Of a stretch of 53,462 nucleotides of DNA, positions 8,778-18,234 are shown one piece after another. Each line of letters begins with the position of its first letter. Position 1 is the first letter of the stretch. A program made the translations under genes and the position numbers. The notes beneath the pieces were generated by a model. The model did not search any database and was not told the DNA's origin. It saw only the letters and a program-made list of their open reading frames with translations. Origin of the DNA: Muricomes sp. (lineage in GTDB: Bacteria; Bacillota; Clostridia; Lachnospirales; Lachnospiraceae); assembly GCA_020024675.1 (NCBI GenBank), contig JAHHTM010000001.1:1-53462 (forward strand), given 5' to 3'.

Positions 8778-9233
8778 ATGAAGAAATTTTTGAAAAAACA
8801 TTTTAAGGCAAATCCCATTTCTTATATTGGCTGGCTTGGTGTCTTTGGAATTATAGGGACGATTTTCTTTGTACCTGTGTTTATTCCGTTTCTGCTATGC
8901 TTTACTTTTTTTTCATATACAAAGATGCAGGCAGATGAATTGTTCTGGGAAAATGTTCGTAAAGCGAGTTCGAGGGGGTTTTGGACTGTTTTCTTGTTGG
9001 ATATCGGGGTGTTTGTCTGGATGTTCATAAGAGGAATGATGATGACGGGTAAGATCCCAAAAGTTGACAATCCATTTTCGGCGAACCTGGTTACGTTACC
9101 TTCTTTTGCAGTGGAGCAATATATCATTGCATTTTTTACATTGTGTGTTAACCTGGTTGTAATGATACTGGTATTTACGATCAGTATGATGAAGTTTAGA
9201 AGACAGGAAAAGAAGATGATCGAAGAAGAGTAA
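8778..9233 (+). CDS. small multi-TM protein (DUF3796/DUF2178-like partner of a YozG-type regulator)
   Basis: Four predicted TM helices. Located directly upstream of the 67-aa XRE regulator (14 nt apart). GGAGG RBS 8 nt before ATG 8778 (alternative start 8763). Confidence 0.5.
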   Translation: MKKFLKKHFKANPISYIGWLGVFGIIGTIFFVPVFIPFLLCFTFFSYTKMQADELFWENVRKASSRGFWTVFLLDIGVFVWMFIRGMMMTGKIPKVDNPFSANLVTLPSFAVEQYIIAFFTLCVNLVVMILVFTISMMKFRRQEKKMIEEE

Positions 9234-9246
9234 AGGATGTGTAAAA

Positions 9247-9450
9247 TTGGGATTTCAGACGCGAATTAAAGAATATCGGGCAAGGTACAATATGAGTCAG
9301 AGTGATCTGGCGGGTCTTGTAAATGTCCGTAGAGAAACCATTGGAAATTTGGAAAAAGGAAAATATAATCCGTCTTTAAAACTGGCTATGGATATCGCAA
9401 AAATATTTGAAACCACAGTGGAAGAGTTGTTTCAGTTTGAGGACGAATAA
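9247..9450 (+). CDS. XRE-family helix-turn-helix transcriptional regulator (YozG-like, 67 aa)
   Basis: [48 protein letters not shown] is a canonical HTH_3/YozG pattern. TTG start, because later ATGs would truncate helix 1. Confidence 0.85.
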   Translation: MGFQTRIKEYRARYNMSQSDLAGLVNVRRETIGNLEKGKYNPSLKLAMDIAKIFETTVEELFQFEDE

Positions 9451-9513
9451 AGTTGGTAAGAAGCTGACATACTATCCTTGTATTTCGATTAAAGATATAA
9501 AGGAGGTAGCAGT

Positions 9514-9978
9514 ATGATTGTGAATCTTACTGAAAAACAGCGTTTTGTAATTACTGATTTAAAGGATCAGGAGCAGATGTGTGTAGACAAATATGAAAAA
9601 GGAAAACAGATGGCAAAAGACCCGGTTTTGAAAGATTTGTTTGAATCTATTCAAAAAGAGGAACAACAACATTTTGATTCGTTAGATAAACTTTTACATG
9701 GAGAATGTGTAGCTGTTGATACGAAAGATAAAGCTGGTGAAGATTATAATCCAACAGCGACTTATACAGGAAGTTTTATGCAGGCTGACAAGGAGAATGA
9801 TAAGTTCCTTTGTACAGATGCCATCACTACAGAAAAATATGTATCTTCTGCATATGATTTTAACTTGTTCCAGTTTGCAGATCCAAATATCAGAAGACTT
9901 TTAAATGATATGGAAACGGAAGAGCAAAATCATGCAGAGAAGATCTATAAGTACAAAACAGTAAATCAGATGATTTAG
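9514..9978 (+). CDS. spore coat protein F (CotF)-like protein
   Basis: LTEKQRFVITDLKDQEQMCVDKYEKG...DPVLKDLFESIQKEEQQH and a second repeat with EEQNHAEKIY, i.e. the Coat_F ferritin-like pattern. AAAGGAGG RBS. Confidence 0.75.
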   Translation: MIVNLTEKQRFVITDLKDQEQMCVDKYEKGKQMAKDPVLKDLFESIQKEEQQHFDSLDKLLHGECVAVDTKDKAGEDYNPTATYTGSFMQADKENDKFLCTDAITTEKYVSSAYDFNLFQFADPNIRRLLNDMETEEQNHAEKIYKYKTVNQMI

Positions 9979-9989
9979 AAAGAAAATAA

Positions 9990-10031
9990 AAAGGTGGAGT
10001 GGCCAGAAAGTTGGCTGTTTCACCTTTTTTC
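9990..10031 (+). terminator. rho-independent terminator after the cotF-like gene
   Basis: AGGTG...GGCCA / TGGC...CACCT interrupted stem followed by TTTTTT (10025-10030). Confidence 0.6.
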
Positions 10032-10101
10032 TTTTCTAAAGGATATGATATAATATTTCACGGAAATAAGAGAAAAACGAATACAAAAAGGAAGTAAAAA
10101 C

Positions 10102-10848
10102 ATGATTTTATATTTTAGTGGAACAGGAAACAGTGAGTATGTGGCAAGAAAGATTTCAGCAGAGATTAGTGATAGTATTTTATCGATTACAGCCAGCCTG
10201 ATGTCTGAAAATATGCTTCGCATTCCCAAAAGTCAGGTTGTTACATTTGTAACACCGACGTACGCATGGAGGATTCCAAGGGTAGTAGAAGAATGGATTA
10301 AAAAGAATAAATATTTAAAGGGACAGAAAGTCTATTTCCTTATGACATGTGGATCTGATACAGGAGATGCCGGTGCATACCTGAAAAAGTTATGTGAGGA
10401 AAAAGAATTGGAATATATGGGATACGAATCGATTGTAATGCCCGAAAATTATATTGCCATGTTTAAAGCACCAGAAAAAGAGGAGGCAATAAAGATTGTT
10501 GAGAAGGCGGAATCAACTATTTTACAGGTAGCAGAATCTATAATAAATGGAGAGGTGATACCAGAAAAGCAACCATCTTTTTTGGACAAAGTTAAAAGTG
10601 GCATTGTAAATGATGCATTTTATCCGATATTTGTAAAAGCAAAGAAGTTTTATGCAAAAAATAATTGTATCGGATGTGGGAAATGCGAAAACTCATGTCC
10701 ACTTCAAAATATTACGTTAAAAAAAGGAAAGCCGGTATGGGGAGAAAACTGTACACATTGTATGGCATGTATTACAAATTGTCCTGTAGAGGCAATAGAA
10801 TATGGGAAAAAGAGTAAAGGGCAGCCAAGATATCATTGTCCTTTATAA
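10102..10848 (+). CDS. EFR1-type flavodoxin-like / 2x[4Fe-4S] ferredoxin fusion protein
   Basis: N-terminal ILYFSGTGNSEYVA (flavodoxin-like) and C-terminal CIGCGKCENSCP plus CTHCMACITNCP dicluster motifs. An extended -10 (TGaTATAAT, 10046-10054) lies upstream. Confidence 0.8.
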   Translation: MILYFSGTGNSEYVARKISAEISDSILSITASLMSENMLRIPKSQVVTFVTPTYAWRIPRVVEEWIKKNKYLKGQKVYFLMTCGSDTGDAGAYLKKLCEEKELEYMGYESIVMPENYIAMFKAPEKEEAIKIVEKAESTILQVAESIINGEVIPEKQPSFLDKVKSGIVNDAFYPIFVKAKKFYAKNNCIGCGKCENSCPLQNITLKKGKPVWGENCTHCMACITNCPVEAIEYGKKSKGQPRYHCPL

Positions 10849-10931
10849 AAAAATAAATTTATCTGTAACATTTCTCTTAAAAAAGTCACTTACATATAGA
10901 ACAACAAAAAGATGGGAGGTGGAAGTGATAC

Positions 10932-11423
10932 ATGCATTCCATGGAAGAAATCTACAGCCAGCATGCTAAAACTGTGTATAAGTTTCTTATTTCTCAGTGT
11001 CAGTGTGAACAAGTAGCAGAAGAACTTACCCAGGAAACTTTTTATCGGGCAATTCAGAATATAGATAAATTTCAGGGGAATAGCGCAATTTCCACCTGGC
11101 TTTGTGGAATAGCAAGAAATCTTCTGAAGGAGCATTATCGAAAAAACAGGTATTATGAACAACTTGATGAACAAATAAAAGGAAAAGCTAGCCCACATGA
11201 GGAAGTGGAAGAAAAATTACAAAAGGTAGAGTTGTTAAAGAAAGTTCACAGGTTGAAAGATCCAGAAAGAGAAGTTGTCTATCTACGTATATATGGAAGT
11301 CTTTCATATAAAGAAATCGGAGAGATTTTTGGCAAAAGTGAAAACTGGTGTAGAATCATTTTTTACCGGGGAAAAGAGAAACTTCGGAAAGCATTAGAAG
11401 GTGAGGAGAAGAGAGATGACTGA
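10932..11423 (+). CDS. ECF-type RNA polymerase sigma-70 family factor
   Basis: 163 aa. Region 2 (AEELTQETFYRA) and region 4 HTH (LSYKEIGEIFGKSENWCRIIFYRGKEKL). Confidence 0.85.
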   Translation: MHSMEEIYSQHAKTVYKFLISQCQCEQVAEELTQETFYRAIQNIDKFQGNSAISTWLCGIARNLLKEHYRKNRYYEQLDEQIKGKASPHEEVEEKLQKVELLKKVHRLKDPEREVVYLRIYGSLSYKEIGEIFGKSENWCRIIFYRGKEKLRKALEGEEKRDD

Positions 11424-12459
11424 TAAATTAAAATGTGAAATTGTAAAAGATCTTCTGCCAGGATATGTGGAAGGACTTACAAGTAATGTTACAAATGAAG
11501 CAGTAAAAGAACATCTTCAAAACTGTGCGAAATGCACAGAGGCATATGAGCGGATGAAAGAACCGGACGAAGTTGTGGAAACGAATTACGATCTGGAAAA
11601 AGAAGTGGATTATCTAAAGGGAATTCAAAAACATTCCAGAAAGAAAATGTTCGCTTTTGGTTTGGGAATCGCAGTGGTCTTATTTATTGTTTTGGCTTTG
11701 GTGACCAGATATGGATTAAATCGAACGGTAAGTTTTGATGAAATTGATTGTCAATGGGATATTACAAAGTCAGAAGACGGGACGCATTATTTTGAAATTC
11801 AAGGAGAACTACAAGATGATCATTATGGGGTAACGGCAATTTCATTTGATGGCAATGAAGATAAAATGGAGCTTACCATAGAGGCAGTTCCTCGAATCTT
11901 ATTTAATTACAGGATGAATAAGAAAATTTGGTTTCGTACGGAATTGAATCGTATTCCAAAAGAAATTGAGATAGGTGGAAGAACTGTTTATAAAGATGGA
12001 ACGAAAATTTCCAGGCAGACATCTGAAATTTACGCAACAAAACACTTATACATTGGTTCTGCTCCGGATAATGGAAAGACTATAGAAATGCTGAACATGT
12101 ATAACACTCTTGGAAATGCAACTATGGAGTTGTTTACAGATCAAGAGCCGTATGGGTGCAGGCTGTATCTAGACAGGGTCATAACAGAAGATATGGTCAC
12201 AGCAAAAGAAACGTATATGGAGGCGTATTCGGCAGTCTTAATTGCAATGACTGGAAATCTGGAGTATGTGGAATGGAAGTATAATGTAGGAGACGAAGTG
12301 CGGATTAAAGTTGTCACAGCACAGGATGTGAAGAAACTTACAGGAAGCGATGTAAAGTTGGCATATGATAATGTGGCGATATTGCAGGAAGTAATGTCAT
12401 GTACTGCATTTGAAGGTGTGTTTGATCTTGGAAATGATAAAGAAATTTTACAAAAGTAA
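11416..12459 (+). CDS. anti-sigma factor (zf-HC2) with one TM and an extracytoplasmic DUF4825-like domain
   Basis: HLQNCAKCTEAYERM zinc-finger motif, TM helix FAFGLGIAVVLFIVLALV, and C-terminal HLYIGSAPDNGKTIEMLN (DUF4825-like). ATG 11416 overlaps the sigma stop by 8 nt. Confidence 0.7.
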   Translation: MTDKLKCEIVKDLLPGYVEGLTSNVTNEAVKEHLQNCAKCTEAYERMKEPDEVVETNYDLEKEVDYLKGIQKHSRKKMFAFGLGIAVVLFIVLALVTRYGLNRTVSFDEIDCQWDITKSEDGTHYFEIQGELQDDHYGVTAISFDGNEDKMELTIEAVPRILFNYRMNKKIWFRTELNRIPKEIEIGGRTVYKDGTKISRQTSEIYATKHLYIGSAPDNGKTIEMLNMYNTLGNATMELFTDQEPYGCRLYLDRVITEDMVTAKETYMEAYSAVLIAMTGNLEYVEWKYNVGDEVRIKVVTAQDVKKLTGSDVKLAYDNVAILQEVMSCTAFEGVFDLGNDKEILQK

Positions 12460-12460
12460 A

Positions 12461-12499
12461 AAAGGGGATTTTCAGCTAAATGGTTGAAAATCCCTTTTT
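12461..12499. terminator. bidirectional terminator between the anti-sigma gene (+) and bsh (-)
   Basis: GGGATTTTCA / TGAAAATCCC stem extended by A/T pairs, with a 10-nt loop. Confidence 0.7.
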
Positions 12500-12500
12500 A

Positions 12501-13475
12501 TTAGTTTTGATAGTTGACATGCTGTTTTTTATTTAAAGCATAAATATAGAGGTGGTCGCCGTCTAGATTTACCCGATTTAAGCAAATGGCATTGATTTGA
12601 TTATTATCGTAAGTTTTATAATAAAAAATTCCTTTGTCAGCATTTATACAGCAACTATATAATGTTATATCATTTTTTTTGTCTTCCGTAAGAGTAGATC
12701 CTTTCAGCATAGATACAGAGTCTAGAATGTGGAAGACCTGAGTTACATTTGCATCTTCATTGTCTTCAAGAGGAGCATTTGTGAGATTGAATGCGGCACG
12801 GACAAAACGAGAGGCGCTGGATGTGTCACCTGGAAGTCCGATTGCTCCCATACCAACACAGTACGTTTTTAATTCATATTCAGGACTAAAGTTGTTTTTG
12901 CCGATTTCGGGGGTAAGGTTCATGTAATTATTCATATTCCACATATGATATTCAAATGGAGGATTATTTGTCATTACATTATAAGGGTTATCATAAATGT
13001 GCAGACCATCTTCCATTGGCTCAACAACAATGGAATTTTCTTTATCACTGATCATAAAATGCAAAGGGGAAAGAGGCATTTCTTTTGCAAAAGGAATATT
13101 TGTGAGTGTTAAATTCTGCAATAATTTTTTTGCTTCAGACAGAGTTGAGGCCTGTCCTAATAACCAGGGAATAAATTCAAATGGAGTAATATTATCTGTA
13201 TCTTCTTTAGAATCCAGATAGCGGGCATTTCCGGGGAAGTTCAAGCCGGCCATGACAAGGCCCTTTTCGTTGGAAGCTTCATAGTAAAGAGGGTAATCAT
13301 TTAGAACAGCAGCAGTTCCAATAAGGGCATATTTTGTATAAAAATCTTTTCCGTTTCTTAAGGGGAAAAGATGATTTCTTGGGGTGATAACGATTTTTTC
13401 GTTATAAGAATATTCAAGATCAAGATTACGACCAAAATAATGATCGCTTTTTCTATAACTGAGAGATGTGCACAT
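12501..13475 (-). CDS. bsh: choloylglycine hydrolase / bile salt hydrolase (Ntn hydrolase)
   Basis: Starts MCTSL (Cys2 nucleophile) and has FGRNLD, GLNFPG, MTNNPPF and SSASRFVRAAF. Collinear with Clostridium perfringens CBAH as I recall it. AGGAGG RBS. Confidence 0.9.
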   Translation of the reverse strand: MCTSLSYRKSDHYFGRNLDLEYSYNEKIVITPRNHLFPLRNGKDFYTKYALIGTAAVLNDYPLYYEASNEKGLVMAGLNFPGNARYLDSKEDTDNITPFEFIPWLLGQASTLSEAKKLLQNLTLTNIPFAKEMPLSPLHFMISDKENSIVVEPMEDGLHIYDNPYNVMTNNPPFEYHMWNMNNYMNLTPEIGKNNFSPEYELKTYCVGMGAIGLPGDTSSASRFVRAAFNLTNAPLEDNEDANVTQVFHILDSVSMLKGSTLTEDKKNDITLYSCCINADKGIFYYKTYDNNQINAICLNRVNLDGDHLYIYALNKKQHVNYQN

Positions 13476-13629
13476 ACAATAACCTCCTAAAAATAATATT
13501 TATTATATTATATAGCAGAAATATGTGTTTAAACATTGAAAATCGATTATAAAAAATTCTCATATCCCAATAAAGAAAAATGTGATATGATATAAGTTAT
13601 GTTGAATTTTGGAAGAAAGAGGAATTATT

Positions 13630-15036
13630 TTGGAAAAGGTCAAGACAATTATTGAAGCTGTAAACGGATTTGTGTGGGGGATTCCGGCTATGATTTTTGT
13701 GGTCGGGGTTGGAATCTTTCTTACGGTTCGCACAAATTTTATTCAATTTAGAAAATTTGGTTATGCTTTTAAAGTAACCGTTGGAAAGATTTTTGATAAG
13801 AAAGAAGCGGACAATGGCAGCGTAACGCCATTTCAGGCGGTATGTACAGCACTCGCAGCTACAGTTGGAACGGGAAGTATAGCAGGTGTTGCAGGAGCAA
13901 TCGCAATCGGAGGGCCGGGAGCGGTATTCTGGATGTGGATGTCAGCACTTCTTGGAATGTGCACGAAATTTTCAGAAGTGACTCTTGCGGTTCATTTTCG
14001 TGAGAAAAATAAAGAAGGCGATTACGTTGGGGGACCGATGTATTATATCAAAAATGGTCTTGGCAAAAAGTGGCAGTGGCTTGCAGCAGTGTTTTCTATA
14101 CTAGGTGTGCTTGCGGTTTTTGGTACGGGAAATGCTACGCAGGCGAATACAATCGTAACAGCGATCGATTCCGCTTTGCTCAATTTTAATTTGGTCACAG
14201 AAAATAAATTACCGGCATTTAACCTTACATTAGGAATCATTATGGCAGTTTTGGTTGCAATGGTATTGCTAGGAGGAATTAAACGAATCGGAAAGGTTAC
14301 AGAAAAACTGGTTCCAGGGATGGCAGTATTTTATATTGTACTTGCACTTGGAGTGATTATTTTAAATTATCAAAATATTCCAACTGTATTTGGTGCAATA
14401 TTTCAGGGTGCATTTCAGCCTTCTGCGGTAACCGGGGGAGTGATCGGAAGTGTTTTCCTTAGTATGAAAAAGGGAATATCAAGGGGGATCTTTTCGAATG
14501 AAGCAGGTCTTGGTACAGCATCAATAGCACATGCAGCGGCAGATACAGATGACGCAGTAAAACAGGGACTTTTTGGAGTTTTCGAAGTGTTTGTGGTTAC
14601 AATCCTTATATGTACGATGACAGCACTTGTGATTTTATGTAGTGGAATTCAGGTGCCATATGGTACAAATGCAGGCGCAGAATTGACAATCAGTGGTTTT
14701 ACAGCTACATATGGAAACTGGGTGTCAGTATTTACAGCATTGGCATTATGCTGTTTTGCATTTTCTACTATATTAAGTTGGGGACTTTATGGAACAAGAT
14801 GCCTGGAATTTCTGTTTGGATCGAAAGTAAATCGTCCATTTATGACGATTTATGCTTTGGTTGCAATAATAGGAGCAACTTCAGATCTTGGCGTTTTATG
14901 GAGTGTAGCGGAAGTGTTTAATGGTCTTATGTCCATACCAAATCTTATTGCTTTATTTCTGTTGTCGGGCACTGTCGTAAAGCTTGTGACCCAAAGTGAT
15001 AGAAAAGAAAGACAAAACAAAAATGTTACAAATTAG
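13630..15036 (+). CDS. alanine/glycine:cation symporter (AGCS) family transporter
   Basis: Multi-TM protein with AGCS signature-like FQAVCTALAATVGTGSIAGVAGAIAIGGPGAVFWMW. Start uncertain: TTG 13630 follows a GAAAGAGGA RBS, and the track start TTG 13609 is the alternative. Confidence 0.85.
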   Translation: MEKVKTIIEAVNGFVWGIPAMIFVVGVGIFLTVRTNFIQFRKFGYAFKVTVGKIFDKKEADNGSVTPFQAVCTALAATVGTGSIAGVAGAIAIGGPGAVFWMWMSALLGMCTKFSEVTLAVHFREKNKEGDYVGGPMYYIKNGLGKKWQWLAAVFSILGVLAVFGTGNATQANTIVTAIDSALLNFNLVTENKLPAFNLTLGIIMAVLVAMVLLGGIKRIGKVTEKLVPGMAVFYIVLALGVIILNYQNIPTVFGAIFQGAFQPSAVTGGVIGSVFLSMKKGISRGIFSNEAGLGTASIAHAAADTDDAVKQGLFGVFEVFVVTILICTMTALVILCSGIQVPYGTNAGAELTISGFTATYGNWVSVFTALALCCFAFSTILSWGLYGTRCLEFLFGSKVNRPFMTIYALVAIIGATSDLGVLWSVAEVFNGLMSIPNLIALFLLSGTVVKLVTQSDRKERQNKNVTN

Positions 15037-15057
15037 ACATAATTGTTACAAAATCTA

Positions 15058-15086
15058 TTTCAAACGATATTGAAATATGCTATACT
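15058..15086 (+). promoter_or_regulatory. extended -10 promoter upstream of the kinase gene
   Basis: TGcTATACT (15078-15086) with a weak -35 TTTCAA (15058-15063). Confidence 0.35.
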
Positions 15087-15152
15087 GACAAAGCGTATAT
15101 GGATTCGACTAAGTGAAGATAAAATTGAAAATATATATGGGGAGATTCGTTC

Positions 15153-16253
15153 ATGGAAACAGATACACAGAAGAAGTTACAGGAAATTTGTGATATTTTC
15201 TGTATTTCAGGGAAGTTTAAATCTTATGAAGAGATTAAACTTGGAAATATTAATCGTACATATAAAGTTACTTTTATCGAGGATGATGGAAGAGAAGAAT
15301 CTTATATTGTACAGGCAGTAAATACATACGTTTTCAAAAATCCTGTTCAGGTCATGGAAAATATTGATAAGGTGACAGAACACCTTAGAAACAAACGTCC
15401 AGAACGTACAACACTTAAGTTTTATCGAACAAAAGAAGGTAAGACATATTATTTTGAAAACGATGGATTCTGGAGATTGTTTAACTACATCACATCAACG
15501 ACATACAACGTGTGTGATGATCTGATGGTAGTATATAATGCAGGTAAAGAGTTCGGAGAATTTCAGATGAGTCTTTCGGATTTTGATGTTTCCGAGCTTT
15601 ATGATACGATTCCGGATTTTCATAATACACGTAAACGCTATGAGACTATGATCAAACATATTGAAGCTGATTCTTGTGGAAAAGTAGAAGAGGTTCGTGA
15701 GGAGATTGAGTATCTATTAGCAGTGCAGGACAAGGCGTGTGAATTGACAGATATGCTTGAAAGAGGCGAACTGCCACTTAGAGTAACACATAATGATACG
15801 AAGATTAATAATGTGTTGTTTGAAAAAGACAGTCAGAATCCACTTGTGGTTATTGATCTTGATACAGTTATGCCCGGACTTGTTGGTCATGATTTCGGGG
15901 ATGCTATTCGTTTTGCAGGAAATTATGTAGAAGAGGACTGCAAAGACCTTGAAAAAGTAGGGGTTAATATGGAGGTTTTCCGTGCTTTTGCAGAGGGATT
16001 CTTGTCAGCAACAGCTAAAGTTCTTACAGATCGTGAGATTGAAACACTGGCGCAAGGCTGTTTTGTGCTTACATGTGAGCAGGCAGTTCGTTTTTTGGAT
16101 GATTATATTCAAGGTAGTCCGTATTTCAAAATAAATTATCCGGAACATAATCTTGTCCGCACAAAATGTCAGGTCGCTTTAGCAAAAGATATAGAACGAA
16201 GAATGGAAGAAATGAATCAGATCGTTCTTGAAAGTGCAAAAGAATTTCGATAG
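15153..16253 (+). CDS. APH-fold sugar kinase, N-acetylhexosamine 1-kinase (NahK/LnpB)-like
   Basis: Catalytic loop RVTHNDTKINNVL and VIDLDTVMPG. The C-terminal YFKINYPEHNLVRTK and overall order match Bifidobacterium longum NahK as I recall it. Confidence 0.7.
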   Translation: METDTQKKLQEICDIFCISGKFKSYEEIKLGNINRTYKVTFIEDDGREESYIVQAVNTYVFKNPVQVMENIDKVTEHLRNKRPERTTLKFYRTKEGKTYYFENDGFWRLFNYITSTTYNVCDDLMVVYNAGKEFGEFQMSLSDFDVSELYDTIPDFHNTRKRYETMIKHIEADSCGKVEEVREEIEYLLAVQDKACELTDMLERGELPLRVTHNDTKINNVLFEKDSQNPLVVIDLDTVMPGLVGHDFGDAIRFAGNYVEEDCKDLEKVGVNMEVFRAFAEGFLSATAKVLTDREIETLAQGCFVLTCEQAVRFLDDYIQGSPYFKINYPEHNLVRTKCQVALAKDIERRMEEMNQIVLESAKEFR

Positions 16254-16295
16254 GTAGATTGAGAAAGAGCTTAGAAAGAGTGGAGTGAAGATAAA

Positions 16296-18221
16296 ATGAG
16301 CATAAATAAAAGAAAAGTGCAGTTATGGCTGATCGATACAATACTGTTTGCGATAATTTATTATATAATGGCTTTCACAAGCGGAATGAAGATTTATTCA
16401 ATCACTGTTCATGGTGAGTACAGCTTTATAAAGGCACTCATGTTATACGTATGCATCATGATCGCGAGAATGATTGTTAAAACATATGGAAGTATATGGA
16501 GATATGCAAGTGTGGTATCGTATCTAAAACTTATGTTGGCAGATGCAGTTGGTGGAATTGTTTATATGGTGATTGCTTATTTTAATCCCTCAATCAATTT
16601 AGGAATTGCTTATTCTGTTGTTACAGTTATGGCTGTTATGCTTGCTACACTTGGAATTCGTTTCTGCTATCAGTTTTCATATGCATACAAAAATAAAACA
16701 GTAGAATCAAGAATGAATTCAAAAGAAGATGAGGAGGAGATCCATAAGATTGATGTAGCAATCGTTGGTGCAGGAAATATAGGTGCTTCTCTTGCGGAAG
16801 AACTGAAAAGAAATCCGAATTCTCATTACAATCCATATTGTTTTATCGATAAAGATCTGGATAAGATAGGAAATAATATTAATGGGCTTCCTGTTTTTCC
16901 GGAAAATGACAGCATTATCGAACGTATTAAAAAGTTGCCGATTCAGGAAATTATCGTTGCGATTCCGGATGCGTCACCAGAAGAAAAAAGAAGATTATAT
17001 GAGCTTTATAAACAAACGGAATGTAAAGTTAAAATCTACAGTTATCCATTAGAAGAAAATCAGGAATATGGAGATAAGAGAACACTTCGTGAATTTAAGA
17101 TTGAAGATCTTTTATTTAGAAAAAGTCTTAAGATTAATGGAACAGAGACTGAGAAGTTTTATGATGATAAGACAGTTCTTGTTACTGGTGGAGGTGGTTC
17201 GATTGGTTCAGAATTATGCCGTCAGATTGCGAGTATGAATCCAAAGAAACTGATCATTCTTGATATTTATGAAAATAATGCTTATGAAATTCAACAAGAG
17301 CTTATAAGAAAATATGCAGGACAGCTTAATCTTAATACAGTTATTGCTTCTGTACGTGACATAAAACGTATGGAAGAAATCTTCCGTACAGAAAGACCTG
17401 ATATCGTATTCCATGCAGCGGCTCACAAACATGTGCCATTGATGGAAAATAGTGGCTGCGAAGCAATCAAGAATAATGTTATGGGAACCTATAATGTTGC
17501 AAATCTGGCAGAAAAATATGGGGTACAGAAAATGCTCCTTATTTCAACAGATAAGGCGGTTAATCCGACAAATATCATGGGTGCATCCAAACGTCTTTGT
17601 GAAATGGTTTTACAGTGTCGTGCTAACAGTAAAACAGAATTCACAGCGGTGCGTTTTGGAAATGTTCTTGGAAGTAATGGATCTGTTATTCCGTTGTTTA
17701 AAAAGCAGATTGCAGCAGGAGGACCTATTACACTTACGGATAAAAGAATTATCCGTTACTTTATGACAATTCCAGAGGCGGTAGGTCTTGTACTTGAAAC
17801 AGGAGCTATGGCGCATAACGGAGAGCTTTTCGTTCTCGATATGGGTAAACCGGTTAAGATTCTTGATCTTGCAGAAAATATGATAAGACTTTCTGGGTTG
17901 AAACCATATGAAGATATTGATATTATCGAAGTAGGACTTAGACCGGGAGAAAAACTTTATGAAGAACTTCTCATGAAAACAGAAGAGCTGGACAAGACTT
18001 CAAATGATCTGATCTTTATAGAAAGAGACACTCCACTGTCAAGAGAAGAAGTGGATGAAAAACTTGAGATTCTTCTTGATGCAGTAGAAAAAGAAGGAAA
18101 AGAGAATGTGCTTGCTGCAATTCGTAAGACAGTACCAACATTCCAAAGTCCGGAAGATGCAAACAAAAAAGCTGATGAATCAAGCGAAATGAATCGAGTT
18201 TATAACTCAGAAGAGGAATAA
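16296..18221 (+). CDS. membrane-anchored CapD/PglF/WbpM-type nucleotide-sugar 4,6-dehydratase (polysaccharide biosynthesis protein)
   Basis: Four N-terminal TM helices, VAIVGAGNIG, Rossmann VLVTGGGGSIGSEL and STDKAVNPTNIMGASKR. 42 nt downstream of the kinase gene. Confidence 0.85.
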   Translation: MSINKRKVQLWLIDTILFAIIYYIMAFTSGMKIYSITVHGEYSFIKALMLYVCIMIARMIVKTYGSIWRYASVVSYLKLMLADAVGGIVYMVIAYFNPSINLGIAYSVVTVMAVMLATLGIRFCYQFSYAYKNKTVESRMNSKEDEEEIHKIDVAIVGAGNIGASLAEELKRNPNSHYNPYCFIDKDLDKIGNNINGLPVFPENDSIIERIKKLPIQEIIVAIPDASPEEKRRLYELYKQTECKVKIYSYPLEENQEYGDKRTLREFKIEDLLFRKSLKINGTETEKFYDDKTVLVTGGGGSIGSELCRQIASMNPKKLIILDIYENNAYEIQQELIRKYAGQLNLNTVIASVRDIKRMEEIFRTERPDIVFHAAAHKHVPLMENSGCEAIKNNVMGTYNVANLAEKYGVQKMLLISTDKAVNPTNIMGASKRLCEMVLQCRANSKTEFTAVRFGNVLGSNGSVIPLFKKQIAAGGPITLTDKRIIRYFMTIPEAVGLVLETGAMAHNGELFVLDMGKPVKILDLAENMIRLSGLKPYEDIDIIEVGLRPGEKLYEELLMKTEELDKTSNDLIFIERDTPLSREEVDEKLEILLDAVEKEGKENVLAAIRKTVPTFQSPEDANKKADESSEMNRVYNSEEE

Positions 18222-18234
18222 AATAAAAGGAAAA

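Noticed and set aside
10864-10887. ECF-type promoter TGTAAC-N15-GTC upstream of the sigma factor gene
   Set aside because: The AAC-to-(C)GTC spacing is 1-2 nt shorter than in characterised ECF promoters and the -10 lacks the CGT core. It is mentioned only as a hypothesis and not annotated as a feature.
15043-15321. 92-aa plus-strand ORF overlapping the start of the kinase gene
   Set aside because: It starts inside the promoter region, lacks an RBS, and is out of frame with the strongly supported NahK-like CDS.
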